From Nageia nagi (Eukaryota; Plantae; Pinophyta), in NCBI GenBank assembly GCA_050084985.1, contig JBITNC010000001.1, positions 134,912,001-134,976,000 on the forward strand: DNA of 64,000 bases. Reading direction: 5' to 3'. A program made the position numbers and the translations under genes. Positions within the stretch are counted from its first letter, which is position 1, and each line of letters starts with the position of its first letter. The notes under the pieces were generated by a model. That model was given only the letters and a program-made list of their open reading frames with translations. It made no database searches and was not told the DNA's origin. This document shows positions 39,001 to 52,818 of this stretch, one piece after another.

Positions 39001-41983
39001 CTTCAGGATCTCCAGGCTTAGGGATAAATTTAATATTGTCTTTATTAAGTATCGGGCCTAAAGAACTTGAGACCAAGGCTTCTTTATAAACTTGGAGCAA
39101 GTCGGGGCCAACCATTTCCCAAAATTATTTGTAAAATTCATAGGGGAAGCCATCAATTCTAGGAGCTTTATCATTGGCCATTTGAGAAAAGGCAGCTTTC
39201 AAATCCTCTAAAGAAAGGGAAGCATCACAAAAGTCTCTATGAGCTGGAGACAACTTTTGAGGTATGACACATTTGCACTTTGCAATAGTAGCTACTCTTG
39301 TAAGGGTTAAAGGCTGAGTAGAAAAAACTAACTAATAATGCTTGACAAAAACCTTCATAATCTCTAGCAAGTTGGTGAAATGAACCCCATCAGAGTGAAT
39401 GGCTTTGAATTGAGTTGTATGAATAGGGTGCCCAAGATGCTAGAAAAACTCTTTTGTAATTCTATCCCCCACTTTAAGCCAGCTGACCTGGGCTCGAAGC
39501 TAGGCACCTCTAGCTTCATACAATTCAGCTTTCCTGATCTCATGTCGAAGAGCAACAACATAGGCCTGGGTTGGCTAACTGAAAGGATTAGCCTCCAGGT
39601 CCTAGTTATCCGAGCAAGTTCTTCCTTAATAGCCAAATTAGATCTTCTCCATCTCTTAGCAAACTGCACCCCTAATGTGCACAATACTTTAGTAGTGCGA
39701 ATTATTGCTTAATTCCACCAATCCAACTTGAAGACCCTGAGGGCCTGGGAAGAAGATTCCAGATCCTACAAATGTGAGTTTTCATTGCAAAGGATTGCGA
39801 AAAGGAAGTGTTCAGGTAAAAGGCCAAGGGGAAATTATGAGTGGGAGCTTGAGAGAAAGCAATTGCAAAGAGTATTGGAGAGTGATTTGAAAGAGTAGTA
39901 CCAGGAACAATAGAAACAAAGGGCAAAGCAGAGGATAGCCTTTGAAAATGAAAGAAGTCACACTCCGAAATCATGGCTTTATCAAGACATTTGAGGACAC
40001 GAGCTTCATCAGCTTGGAAATTCGACCAGGTAAACCACTAAGCTTCAAGAAAGTCAGCAGGGGAGAAGGTGCAATTAGGGTCAAAAAGGCTGAGCTTGTT
40101 TTTCATAGAAAACCATGCTTCCTGCTTGCCCAAAGTCCATCTCATAGCGACTTTACTTGCTTTGTTTTAATACTTTTCAACCATATTGAAATCCCCACAC
40201 AGAACCCAAGTGGCAAGAGGTAGAATAAAGGTGAGCCAACGCCATAACTCTTTTCTCTCTTGGGCATCATTAGAAGCATAAATATTGATAATACCAAAGG
40301 GTTTGCCATAAATCTCGAGAAGGACCCAAACAACTTGGTTAGGAGGGTCAACTCCCTAAGAAACAATATTACATTGCCATCTAGGAGAAATGAAAATGAT
40401 TGCTTCCCTTGTTCCTAAAGCATGATTGGTGTGAAAGAAAGGGCCCCTTGGCCAAAGAAATTGACAAGTGCATTGCAAAATAAAATCAACTATTTTGACT
40501 TCTTGTAAACAAAAAAAATCCAACATACCATGAGAATGAGTGATATCATCAAGCTCATCCTTGATTGTATATTTGCAGGTTGGGTCCGTCAACCCTCTCA
40601 CATTCCATGAAAAAGCAATCATTGAGGAATGTCAGGGATTTGAACATCCATGGCAACCTCAACATCTCCTAACACATATAGGGACTCAAATGAGTTACTG
40701 TCACTTTGCATTCTTCCTGAAGAAAAACCAACTTGCTGACGTTTCTCCATAAGTTCATGATGGTTGCCCCTCTACGGATTTCTAGACCGATGAAGTTTGA
40801 AGGAATGTTCATCCGCACTAGAAGCAGGGGGGCAATGCCACTATTGAGGCATAAGAGGGACTAGACCAAATGGAGTTCACAAAAGGGTCATTGGTAGCAT
40901 TCGGAGCCGTAGTGGTAACCATGGGTGGTTGAATCATAGGATCGACCCTAGCAGGTTGCATATTAGCTTGGTTAACAGTAGGGACTTGGGGTATGTGACC
41001 AACACTAGCTTGTTGAACATTTTGGGCATTCACATAACTTCGGTTACACCAGTTATGGACAGGAGTCCATTCAAATTCCCCATTCTTGCTCGTAGTAGCA
41101 AGAGCAATGGAGGAAGGTGGGTTAATAGCAAAAGGTTTCTCCTTAAACCTACCAACCATGAGAGGGCAGTCATGAATCTTGTGGTTCAGAGATTGGCAAC
41201 GGTAGCAAGTATTCAGAAGTCCAATAAACTCCACTCGTTGATGGAGGCCTTCATCATTGATATTAATATCAATAAATTTAGGCAAATTCTGAGCAAGGTC
41301 TACTTTAACCCAAACCCTTTTGGAGGGTCGAGCCGAAAAAAACCGTTCAGGTTCATAACATACAAACTTCTCGAGACTTTCAGCTAAGGATTTCAAGTAA
41401 TGCCACATGGGAATGGGAAGGCCAGGGAATTCGAACCAAACAGGAACATTAGTGCATCGTAAGGTTGCAAAACTAGCAAGGAGTTATGGATAGTCCAAGG
41501 GCCTTTGCTAAGCACCTTTGGGCATGCACAAGATCAAAGAATTGAAACAAAAAAACCCTTTAGAAAGATTCTAGACATTTTCAACCTTGACATTGTAAGA
41601 ACTCCAGACCTATGCTACCGAAGTACGCAACATAGTATCATTGGGAATCCTACCCAGAAAATAACCCACTAAAGTATGCGACTCAAACCATTGGTAGGTT
41701 AAACGGAATTCTTGAACAAGAATAGAAACTTGAGATATAGAAGCATTACCTTGTGCTCCACCTTCGGAAGGAATTTGTGGGGATGTTTCCTAGGTGCCAT
41801 TGAAAACTCCAACAGCTTCATCAATAGATGAAGTGTTCGGATGGGAAATATCCATATTTAAAACCGCATGACACCGCCAACAACGATGTAAATGCGATTC
41901 GTGTCAGGATGAGGGTGTCCCACAACAATCTGAGCGGATTAATGTGGTATGATGGACAATAGGAGGCAAAACCCTAGCCAAAC
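36062..41983 (-). mobile_element. Near full-length L1-type LINE, inactivated
   Basis: ORF1 with CYRCQSLNHKIHDC knuckle (40818-41408); ORF2 endonuclease (FSWNVRGL...CLQE.K; 40356-40622), RT (WHPITLLNVSYKIIAK...KIDFEKAYD; 38615-39115) and C-terminal Cys motif; T-run at ~36059-36069; TSD taagaattaattt at 36049-36061 and 41984-41996. Confidence 0.95.
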
Positions 41984-42720
41984 TAAGAATTAATTTAAAT
42001 ATATAGTTTTAAAAAATTATAATTATTCATTTAATTTTTTCAAAATAATAAACAAGCACAAATTTTGATTAAAATATTTTTTTATATAAAAAATCATAAT
42101 ATTATTTTTATTGCAAAAACAATTAATAATCTTCAAAATTTTAATATCTTTGTTTTATTGATAAGATCTTTTTTTTTTTTAATTCATTTTTATTACATTT
42201 GAAATGTATAATTTTTTATTGTTAAATTTTTAAGAATTAATTTAAATATATAGTTTTAAAAAATTATAGTTTGCCCTAGTGGGGTAAGCGTAGTGATTGG
42301 GTGCGTGTGTATCATATAAAAAAATTATAGTTATTCATTTAATTTTTTCAAACTAATAAACAAACACAAATTTTAATCCAAAGATTTTTTATATAAAAAA
42401 TAATAATATTATTTTTATTGCAAAAACAACTAATAATCTTCAAAATTTTAATATCTTTGTTTTATTAATAAGATTTTTTTTAGAAATGAATTTAAATATA
42501 TAATCTTACACAAATTTTAGATTTTAATTTAATTTTTTAAAATAATAAACAAATACAAATTTTAATTAAAATATTTTTTATATAAAAAACAATAATAATA
42601 TATTGAATTTTATACTGAATTTTATTTTGAATTTCTTTTATGAGTATTAATTTTTATTATGTGAAATTTTATTTTTTATAGATATATCATATAATCATGA
42701 ATATCTATCATTTTATAATA
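41984..42720. repeat. AT-rich tandemly repeated host sequence that received the LINE
   Basis: Unit ...aattaatttaaatatata...caaaataataaacaa.cacaaatttt... occurs three times; continues 35990-36061. Confidence 0.8.
42272..42318 (+). mobile_element. 47-bp retroposed micro-insertion with 14-bp TSD
   Basis: aaaaaattatagtt at 42258-42271 and 42319-42332 flanks GC-richer DNA absent from the sibling repeat at ~42010. Confidence 0.7.
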
Positions 42721-43479
42721 TTTTACCATGTATGTGCTATGGTGAATTTAATGTTAATTTTTTTCCCAATTTCAAAACCCTGCCAAATTTCTTTTGAATT
42801 TCAAACTTCTCGAACACAAATATGAACGTAGTACCACAAGATATAATTATATAGAATGCAAATATGTGTTGTTGGCTTCTATTGTGATATATATATATTT
42901 TCTTTTGCAATTTTTTTCTGTCTTAGTATTCGGGGAGGAGTGGACTTCTAATGAGCGAAAAATAAAACAGAAAAGAAGAAAAAGGAAAAAAAGTTTATTT
43001 TTTAGTCGGTAACTCTAATTTAGTTGATTTTAAATAATTCTTCGAAGGAACTTAAATATCAGGGAACACCACAAATCACAAATATTTACTTTACTTAAAA
43101 AGTAATTTGTGGAACATGAGTTTAATTTTCTTTTTACTGAAAATATGATAACGTTCATTGTAAAAAGGATAATTCAATTTATGAAATAAAATCGTCTGGA
43201 TATTCCGTGATTCTTCGTAGGTGTTGATTTGTCTTTTCCACTGGGAGAGGCTTGCCTGAGAGATTGTGCTGTTTTAATTTGCTAGGACAGATATGTTTTC
43301 TTGTTTTTTATTGCGTTTAAGTTTGTACTCGTGAATTTTATTGTTTTGTGCAATTTAAGATCGTAATGTAGAAAGAATTATTATGTCAGATATGTAGTGT
43401 TTATCCTCTGTTATTGTCATCATTTCTGGCTTAATTTTGGTTTTGTTATTTGACTATTGAGATATGATAAGGATAAAGC

Positions 43480-43621
43480 TTTTGTTCATCCGGCTAAATT
43501 ACACTCTCCTCCCTAGAAAAGGAATACAATGTGAAAGTAAAAAATTTAAACGAGGATCCAATTAGAATATTCAATATTATGGAATAAATACTTCAAAATC
43601 AACAATGACCTATGCAAATAC
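43480..43621. repeat. Inverted repeat arm 2
   Basis: See 35346-35480. Confidence 0.9.
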
Positions 43622-44190
43622 CACCTTTGGTTTTGTTATTTGGTACCAATTACACCTTTGAGAAGCTTTATCCTTAATCTCAATATGATTGAAATCTTTG
43701 CTGATGGTGGATTTGCATAGCGGGCATTTTTCTGCTTCCTCGTAGTCATAAATATAATAGTAATCTTCCACTTATATAGTTCTTACTCCACATTAAAGCG
43801 TAGTTGTCTATTGAGGTGGTGGTTGGATGGTCACATTATTTGAAAATTATTTGTATTGTTTACCAAGATTTCCATTAGTTACCCTTGCATTACTTCCATT
43901 TTTACTATATCAAAACCTGGTATTGTTTTTCTTGATTTATATTTTTGGAGATCAATGATATTTGTTGTTTATATTGATACTGGTGATATTCCAATGTATG
44001 TTGTGGCTTCTTAATATTCACATTGCTGTCTAATTTTTAAATGCTGAATGAGAAACATAAAAAGGTTTTATCTTACAAACTGTTGTGATTGATTGCTTTT
44101 CCTGCTTCACAAAAGTGCTTCTGAACTGATCTTTTTTCTGCTCACACTTCTGGGTTATTTCATGATAGCTTCATCTGTGTTCTATCGAGA

Positions 44191-44466
44191 ATGCAATTGG
44201 AAGTGTCTTACCTGCCTTGGAACATAATGATCATATTAATACATTTGTCAATACTTTTGTATTCGTTTTTCCTAAGGTTACACAAGTATTGGGGAATATG
44301 AAAAACCTCACTCTTTGATACTATGCAATAGATGCAATTGGAAGTGTCTTACTTGCCTTGGAACATAATGATCATATTAATACATTTGTCAATACTTTTG
44401 TATACGTTTTTCTTAAGGTTACACAAGTATTGGGGAATATGAAAAACCTCACTCTTTGATACTATG
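44191..44466. repeat. Near-perfect tandem duplication, period 141 bp
   Basis: atgcaattggaagtgtcttac...ctctttgatactatg at 44191 and 44332. Confidence 0.95.
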
Positions 44467-45761
44467 GATGCCAACAAATGTTACACTTGAAAAGGAAATG
44501 CCCAATGTTAATAATAAAAATTGATTTTACTCAATTAATAATGGTAATTATATTAAAATAAAATACTTAAATAAATGGTGGAATTCTCAACAACAATAGC
44601 TCACAAGACCTAATCAAATCTGAATACAAATGTACTACGAACATGTTGTTTGCCTATTTCGAGTAGATCGTTGCCCAGATTTGTACCTCATAGAATCAAA
44701 TGACTCCCTTCCAAAGTTTGAACCTTCGTTCGTCACGGACACAATACATTGATGCCTTGTAGTGCATCGTTGTAAGTCATTCCCTCCATAGTACCCTCAA
44801 ACACGAGCTCATCAATAGTTCTTGCTAAGATGTCAAATCTAAACTACAACATCCTGAATAAAGGAGTGTCATAAGCAATAAGGGTGCAAATCCAAACTTG
44901 ATAGGTGGTGTTGAGGAACACCGAGCATAGCATGTATGAGTTCTTTATCAAGGTCCAGATTCATGATTTGCATCACAATCCTTCCTTCCTCAGCGAAGAC
45001 ACCTTATGGCAAGCGCTCCTTGGACTTGTCACCACAAATTATAGAAAGGAGTGAATTTCTTTTTATTCAAGAAATATAATTCAAATATCGCAATTATTCT
45101 ATTAAATCACTTAATTCATTTAGATACTTAAACTAAATCAAATTTAGGTGTTAAAACCCAACTAGAACAAAAAACAAAGATAAGAGCAAAACTAAGACAA
45201 CAAGTATAAGAGTTTAATGAACCAAAGTAGAGGTCTCTTGATTTATGCTAAAATTTCCCAAATCCAAACATATGCTTATCACTCCAATCAACTTAAATAA
45301 ATCAGATTTTGAATTAATCACTAAAATTGCATGTAAACCGTCAGCCAAAATTATACCAAAAATTAGTGTTTGAAAAAATGTGTATAGGAAAAAACAGCTT
45401 CAAGCCAAATTTAAAAAAATGACAAAAGATGGGAAAACGGGAAAAATGCCAAAAATACTATAGAAAGCAAGAACTTTTAAATTACGAGATTGTGGTAAAT
45501 GAAAAAATGCGTATAAACATAAAAACACATATATATGCACGTTTTTTCAAACCATGCCAAAAATGCCAATGAGTTCTACTTAACCATTCAACCATGCCAA
45601 ACCATCAAATGAGCAAGAATAATGCCCTAGGAGTGAGACGTCCTCCCTAGGGTGGGGGATGGAATAACAAGATCCAATCCACAAATAAGTAAAACAAGTA
45701 TATTTTATAATTTTCTTAATAAGAAATGAGAGAAGTACAAGCCTCAAATGTGCCTTAGATA

Positions 45762-46901
45762 TGTGACGTCCCACTAGGGGGCTCTATCAACCACTTCAAT
45801 TCCAGTAGATGAAGCGATAGGGCTTCCGAAAGCAAATCGCAGCGGCAATATGAGCACCACGGCTCAAGGGGCACCAGGGCCACACAACAATTTGGCTAGA
45901 ATAAGCTTGAGGACGCCAACCTCAAGACCTCACCTATGAACACAAGCGAAAAGGGGAGCAAGCCAGCCCAGGAATTTTTTTAAATTTAAAACGTCAAACA
46001 TGATGCCCTTCAAAATTTCTAAAACGTATATTTGATATTCAACATTTAATTTTTTTGTAATAGAACGTCATACATATGTATATCAGAATTTGAAATCCGG
46101 ATCTCTTTTAGTTTATTTGGCATCATCGTATCAATGGTCAACTTCTAATTTCTCACCTACTAGATTGTATTCACCATTAATTTTGGATGCTTAGCAGTTG
46201 TCTTGGGAGGCCCCTTTTAAACTATTTATATGCAACCATTGGGTGAGAAAACAATCAATGAACCTGTAGATGAATAAAAGATGATTGAATAATAATAATT
46301 TTTTTTGAAGGTTATTAAGTGACAAAAAAAGGTTAATTGACAGGTATTTAAAAAAGGAAAATGTAAAAAAAAAATCATTTGACAGGTAAGGTTTTTTTGA
46401 AATTCTAGGCTTGGAGCAAGCTCACACCAAAATATTGAATAAGCGAAATGATGATCTTCAAATGAGGCTTCTCCCTCCTTTTATAGTTGATTTGGTCTTT
46501 TTCCATATTGACTGGTTGACCCAATCCAAACATAACTACCAAATACTCCTAAATTACAAATTACACCTTTACATGGGGTGTCCCACCTTGGGATGATAAA
46601 TTATAACCCTAGAATATAAAATTAAGTCTAAATGACTTAATAAAATAATAAAATACTTCTAATTTACTAAAAATCACTCTAAATTCTCCTAGAAGAGGGA
46701 CATCCCACCTTGAGTGCTCAATTAAGCATTTTTGCACCCAAATTGGAACATTCATCTCCATATGCCAAATATTACAAAATTATTTTGAAATTAAGATAAA
46801 TACAAAGATTCCTCCAAAGAAGGTGCATCCTACTTCATAAGCTAACATAGGATTTTGATAAAATGCTCAAGATGTGGGACAGGCCATTTTGGGTCATTAC
46901 A
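45762..46901. mobile_element. Probable solo/partial gypsy LTR
   Basis: Termini tgtgacgtccc ... gggtcattaca are imperfect inverted TG..CA ends; no clean TSD. Confidence 0.45.
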
Positions 46902-49900
46902 AAGAGAAGAGAACAACTTTGAAAGGAAAAACTCAATGGGAACCCAAAAGTAGCTAAAGAGGAAAATCAGACGAAGGGGATTTAGACCAGGAGGAGCATG
47001 AGAGACAAGCACATAGCTTCAACGAGCAATTATCTCATTCAAGAAGCACAAGGACCTCTAAGTCCAATGAGAATTGACCAATAGGTAGCCCACATTTGGA
47101 TGAGTTTGTGAAGCGAACAAGAAGAAAATCTAACCAAGGGGGAAATGCATTTTGGGGATAGTAGGGGATGATGATTAAAATATTAATAAAATTTTCAGAA
47201 ATTTATGAAAAATAAATAAGTTTAAATTATTAAATCAGAATCTAATCTATTATCATCAATCATGTAACATAATACAAAACTAAAACATCAAACATGATAT
47301 ATTAATATGAGCTATAATCTCATTAAGTTTGAATAGCTTTAGTTGAAAGTGAACATTGTGAACAATAAGATATAGTCCATGATTTAAATAGAAGTCTACA
47401 TAGACTGAAAATTGAAATCAAAATAGTGGATACTAGTATTAACTATGGCTTTGTCAATAGTATTGTAAGGGGAATAAATGCACTACTTTAGAATATGAAA
47501 GATCTAAGCATCTATTCTTATTGAAAAAGAACATGGGTGTAAGTTACCAAGAATTATCTGTGTTTGATCGCATTGTTGATGTGGAGTCCATAGTTAATCA
47601 CGCAAGGATCTAGCTCTTCATCACTTGTAACTTGTTTGCATGGAAACAAAGGAAACTTTAAATGCACCTATGTGATTTAGGAAGTTTCCTAAGCTGTTGA
47701 AGGAAAGGTCCTTCCTTAGTGGGTGTTTGGTCCCCTAAACCTAATCAAAGATTTGACAAATGAAAGGAAAACCGACCATGAAAACGATAAATGATATGAA
47801 GTGAGCGATACTTGATAATGATGGTGTTGATGTTGATTCTGATGAAGAAGCTAGGGATGAACTAAGGATGCAATACTCAAGAGGTAAGGACTTGACCCGA
47901 GTGACGAATTTTGAATTTCATAGAAAACGGGTAGCATAATGATGGCAAAATGATGTGATGATGGCTTTGAGGCAGAGCACGCATGCTCTAGCACAACTGA
48001 GGGAGGAGCGTAGTGCTCTTGCACAACATGAGAGGGGAAGTCCAACTCTCCCGCACAACTGAGAGGGAAGTGCAAGGTGCTTTTGATGACCTCTCTCGGA
48101 ATGAAAGACAAATGAAACAAGACCGAAGGCACTTGATCTAGCAACACCAAATTCGCCTTTGATGGCGAGCTTCCACGAATAAGAGACACAAGAACTCTAG
48201 AGATGCTCCACTAGCTTGATGCTCAAAAGATATTGCAAATGAATTTCAGATATTGCAAATGAATTGTGATGAAATGACCCTAGGAGATCTCTATTTATAG
48301 GTTTAGGACAACATGCCCAACCATTAGATTCGATGGTAAAATGGTTGACTAAGATAAGAGGAATTTGTTTCTTGAGGATCAACGAGGATCATTGATCAAA
48401 GATGCAAATGAAGGGTTAAGATGGTAGTGTCTCTCTTTGCCATAAATCAACAAAGAGCACTGTCAGATATTCCGCATCCAATGGTCTAGATCAATCGAGG
48501 GAGTTAATGATGAAGGTGGCGGTTATGAGATGCGTTTTCATCTACATAGGTAGGTGAAAACCTCATTAATGAGCATTTAAGGTGTAATTAAGGATTAGGC
48601 TTATATTAACGATGATTATTATGATGAAAGGTGTTTAAGTAATGATTATGATAAGATAAGGCTAATTATTGAATTGGGAACAAAGTGTGCCATTTTTAGG
48701 TGTCTACATTTACAATTTTTGTGATACATTTTGCAACTAAGGAAAAGTACAACAAAAAAATGATTGAGAGACGCGATTGATTGATGATGATGAAAATATG
48801 AACTGATAACGTGATGAGGTAAGAAATTGTCTCAAGTGATGATGGGAGATAAATGACTTCCCCCTCAAACAAGGAGTTGATGAGGACAAAAGGGATGAAA
48901 CAACAAGATGTTTGATTGAAGAAATATGTGAACATATCATGTTTGATTGTGTTTGTGGACCAAAAATTGATTTGATTGTTTGCGGGCCGACTTCCACCCT
49001 AGCGTGTGAAGAATGAGCTCAAGCTGATGCAATTGAAATTGCAAATGATGTCATTCAACGACCCAGGTAGGATTTAGACTTGATAATAGATATGTATGAG
49101 AAATGTGTTGAGAGAATTTGTAAGATGACATTTAAGTTTATGATCAACATAAGATGCCCCAATCAAGAGAGTGTTCAATTCCTTAGATTAAAGCTGCGTA
49201 CAAAGTCTAAGTGCAATGATAGACTTCAAAAATGACTTGGAACCGACAACGTTGTAGTCGTTGGCTTACATCGGTATGCCATTAAGCATTAGAAACCTTA
49301 TGCCATTCTGAAGTTATTTCTGAAAAGAGATTCTGTTTTTGCCCCAACAAAAGAAGGGCTAATGATAGTCTAAGGCTTGGTCGTTAAATTGATGTACTTC
49401 CATGAATTAGGGAATGAAAAAGTTGATCATGAAGAAGATGTTCAACATTTGACTAGAAGATGATAACTGATTTTGATGTGATGACAAGTAGATGAATGAG
49501 AATATGCATTGTGTAAAAGATAATGATATGATGGATTGATGATTATAATTGATGGTTTGATGGCTAATTCTGGTAGTATAACATTCCAAAAATTTTGGCC
49601 TTAAATATCATTTTGAGTGTTATGATATATTTCAAATGACATAGAACCAATGATGCTATAGTTGTGGGCTTATTTTGATATGCACTAAGCATGATGACCT
49701 TAGCACCATTTGAAGTAGATAAATCATGTTGTTCTTTTGCCCCTCCAGAGGAGGATTGATGATAATCTTAAGCCAAATATGTGGAATGATACATTCCTAA
49801 AATTGAATATTTTGATGAATGATTGTATAATGTGATCATGGTTGATGTCATCTATGATTGATTGGCATTGAAAATGATGTGATAAGGTGATGTGATGATT

Positions 49901-50930
49901 GTTTGTAATTGATAATATGATCATGATGTGATTGATTTGACAATGACATGATAGGAGAGTGATACCCAAGTGATTTATTGATTATTTTGTGGAGGCAGGA
50001 GATGCACCAAGTAATATGATAGGAAGGATGATATGCTATGATTCATTTCTTGATGACGATGCTGATGTGGTATGCTGCATGGGTGATTGTGATATAAATA
50101 ATCAATGATGTTGATGTTGAATGGATGACATGTGATCAATTCTGATATAAATGATATGGATGCAACTGATTGGATTGATATAGTAACGATGTGGTAGACT
50201 TCATATGATTGGATGATGGATCTGACAAGTTGCTTCAATATGATTTTTGATTTTGATTGATTAAAGAGGATGAATCCAAATGATTGTACTCTTTTGATGA
50301 GATTGTGATCACCAATTTTTGATTTTGATACCCTAAATTCAGATTGGATCAAGGTTTGACCACTTTGTGACACTTTTGAAAAGTGAGTACAAAGCATGAA
50401 TTGCTCAAAAACACATGCATCACTTGACTTTGATCATACTTGATTTGATTGTGTGACATGTTTACTGATTTATATTGGTGTAAAACCACACTATGGTCTC
50501 TACCCAAGGCTTCATTTCTGTAGAAAAAATGCCCAAACTTGATGATCAAGGATTGGGGTTAAGATGGATCAAGTCTTAGATGTAGTGATTTAGATGAGCT
50601 TATGTGTGTAAGTGTAATGAGAGTAGACATAGGAGATTCAGTTTCACCAGTAAAGAGAAGTTTGGTTCCCAAAGGTGACAACATTCTTGTCCTTCCCTAG
50701 ACTTGATTTGGACCAAATTTGTGCATGACATAATGTAGCATATGAAGTGTGATTGGAATATCTTATTTTGATGGAATGGTGTTGATGACAAGGAGTGAAG
50801 GCTAATCAATGTAACTAGCTCTCCATTGGATGAGATCATTGGACCTTTTCTTTTGCTTGTTGCTGACTTTTATATTTATGCTTTAGATAATGAAGTATTG
50901 ATTTTGCTTTTGACTCTGATATATGATTGC

Positions 50931-51215
50931 TTTTCCATTCTACATTCATGCCCCATCTTGAGGTCATCTTATTGGATAAAAGGAAGACATTTGCTTTTTG
51001 CTTTTTTGCTTTTGCTTTGATTCCTTTTCCATTCTACATTCATGCTCCTTGTTGGAGGTCATATTATTGGCTAAAATAAGGCATTTGCTTTTTCTTTTTC
51101 TTTTGATTTTACTTCCTTTTCTATTCTACATTAATGCCCCATGTTGAGGTCATCTTATTGGATAAAGGAAGGCATTTGCTTTTGCTTTTGGCTTTTGTTT
51201 TTGCTTTTTTTTTTG
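50931..51215. repeat. ~93-bp tandem repeat x3 (Lys-rich if read on minus)
   Basis: tttt(c)cattctacatt.atg...gaggtcat.ttattgg at 50931, 51025 and 51117. Confidence 0.9.
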
Positions 51216-51323
51216 AATGATGCTCACTTCTGCTTAGACAATGCTAGTGACAATTTGATCTCATCTATGAATGCATTTGTAAATGAAAATAGTGACTTGT
51301 GGAATGAAGGTGGAGGATGATTG

Positions 51324-52818
51324 TGTAACATTCCCTTTTTGTAAATATTTACTTTCTCACAAACTTATTGTTAATTCCTTGTGATAGAAATATAAAGGTC
51401 CATCAGACCCACTTGTAAGCCCCATGAGGGACTTTTTCCTCCCAAGCTAGGAAATGTTATTTTATTTATCATTTAAATGTACTTGGAGATCCCAAACATG
51501 ATCGTGGGAATCCCAAGGCTTGTATAGCACCCTAACACATGGATAAACACTTATTTGCCCCAATGTTGAATTTAGGAGCACTTGTACACATTTGCCAGCC
51601 TTGGGGAGACTCCTAGACCCCCACGTTGGCCCATGATGACCCCCTTGCACCCACGCATGACTCTTAGACCCATGTTGCACCTTGGACTCCCATGTGGCAT
51701 GCGCAGCATCTTAGGACCTCATGCTGAGCATTTATGACCCCTGGGTACCCACATTGGGCATGCCTGACCCCTAGGCACCCACGTTGGAGATCTTGGGCCT
51801 CCAAAAGGCCAATGTTGACATTGGAGAGATTGGGGATGACTACTAGGTGAGATCCAGATCCAGTGGAGAGCTATATAAGGCTAAGGAGCCTCATATCTAG
51901 GATAGAATGAATTTGATATTGAAACCCTTCTCATTGGAGCTACTAAAGACTTGGTGGTGTCAAGCACCCTTAAGCATGGAGCACAAGGAGAGTGCATGAG
52001 GCTTAGGACACCTTCTGACTTACGCGGTTGAGGTGTTGTTTGTGTAAGTGAGGTTGCCCTACCCTGAGGCGTCCATAAGCGGTCTTCATCTTTGAATCCA
52101 TTCGGTGGCATTCTGGAACCACACTTGATCTCTTCACCAGAGTTGTGAGGGAGCCCTTCGGTGAGGCATTCACAACGCTGGTAGGAGGTGGTTGTTCTAC
52201 GCTAGTTTCAGTATCTATCTCAGCATTGTATGTGCCCTAGTTGGCTCCTTGGAGGTCAACATTGAGCTCTTTGGGCCTAGTATTGTATTATTCATTGTTT
52301 TCATCATCAATACAACTGTGGGCACTTTGGATCTCGATAATAGTCTCATTGTGTGATGTTCATGCTTCTATATTACCCACATTGAGCTATTTTGCATGTT
52401 TGTACTTGTGTAATGCAACGTTGGCATATTTGGATGTATTTGGCATAGTTTATTGACCTTAGTGCATGATGTTGGCATTCTTGGATTGATATTGCATGTA
52501 TTTGATGCCCTAGATCAGACTTGGCATGCTTGAGGGCTAGTTTTGATGTATTGTGATGTCCCATTTGGGTCATGTTGTACTTGTGTAACTCAAGCAGGAG
52601 CTTATGGTCTGCGGACCCCATTGTGAGCCTAGTAATGGGACGTCTCTCCTTGAGTAGTGTTGTGTTAATTGTAATGGGTTATTCCGGATTGTGGGAATCC
52701 CTAGATAGGCATAAGTCTTGTATAGTTAGGGTGTAGGGGTCATGTGGAAGCCTTGGGAGGCTCACGCCTGCATTGTAGTGGGTTTGGGTGTTCAAGCATT
52801 GCATATTCTTGTGTTGCA
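51324..52818. mobile_element. Nested solo LTR (~1.5 kb)
   Basis: tgtaacat ... gtgttgca termini, TATA-like ctatataagg at 51871, abrupt GC rise, interrupts the gag region; TSD not clean. Confidence 0.65.
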
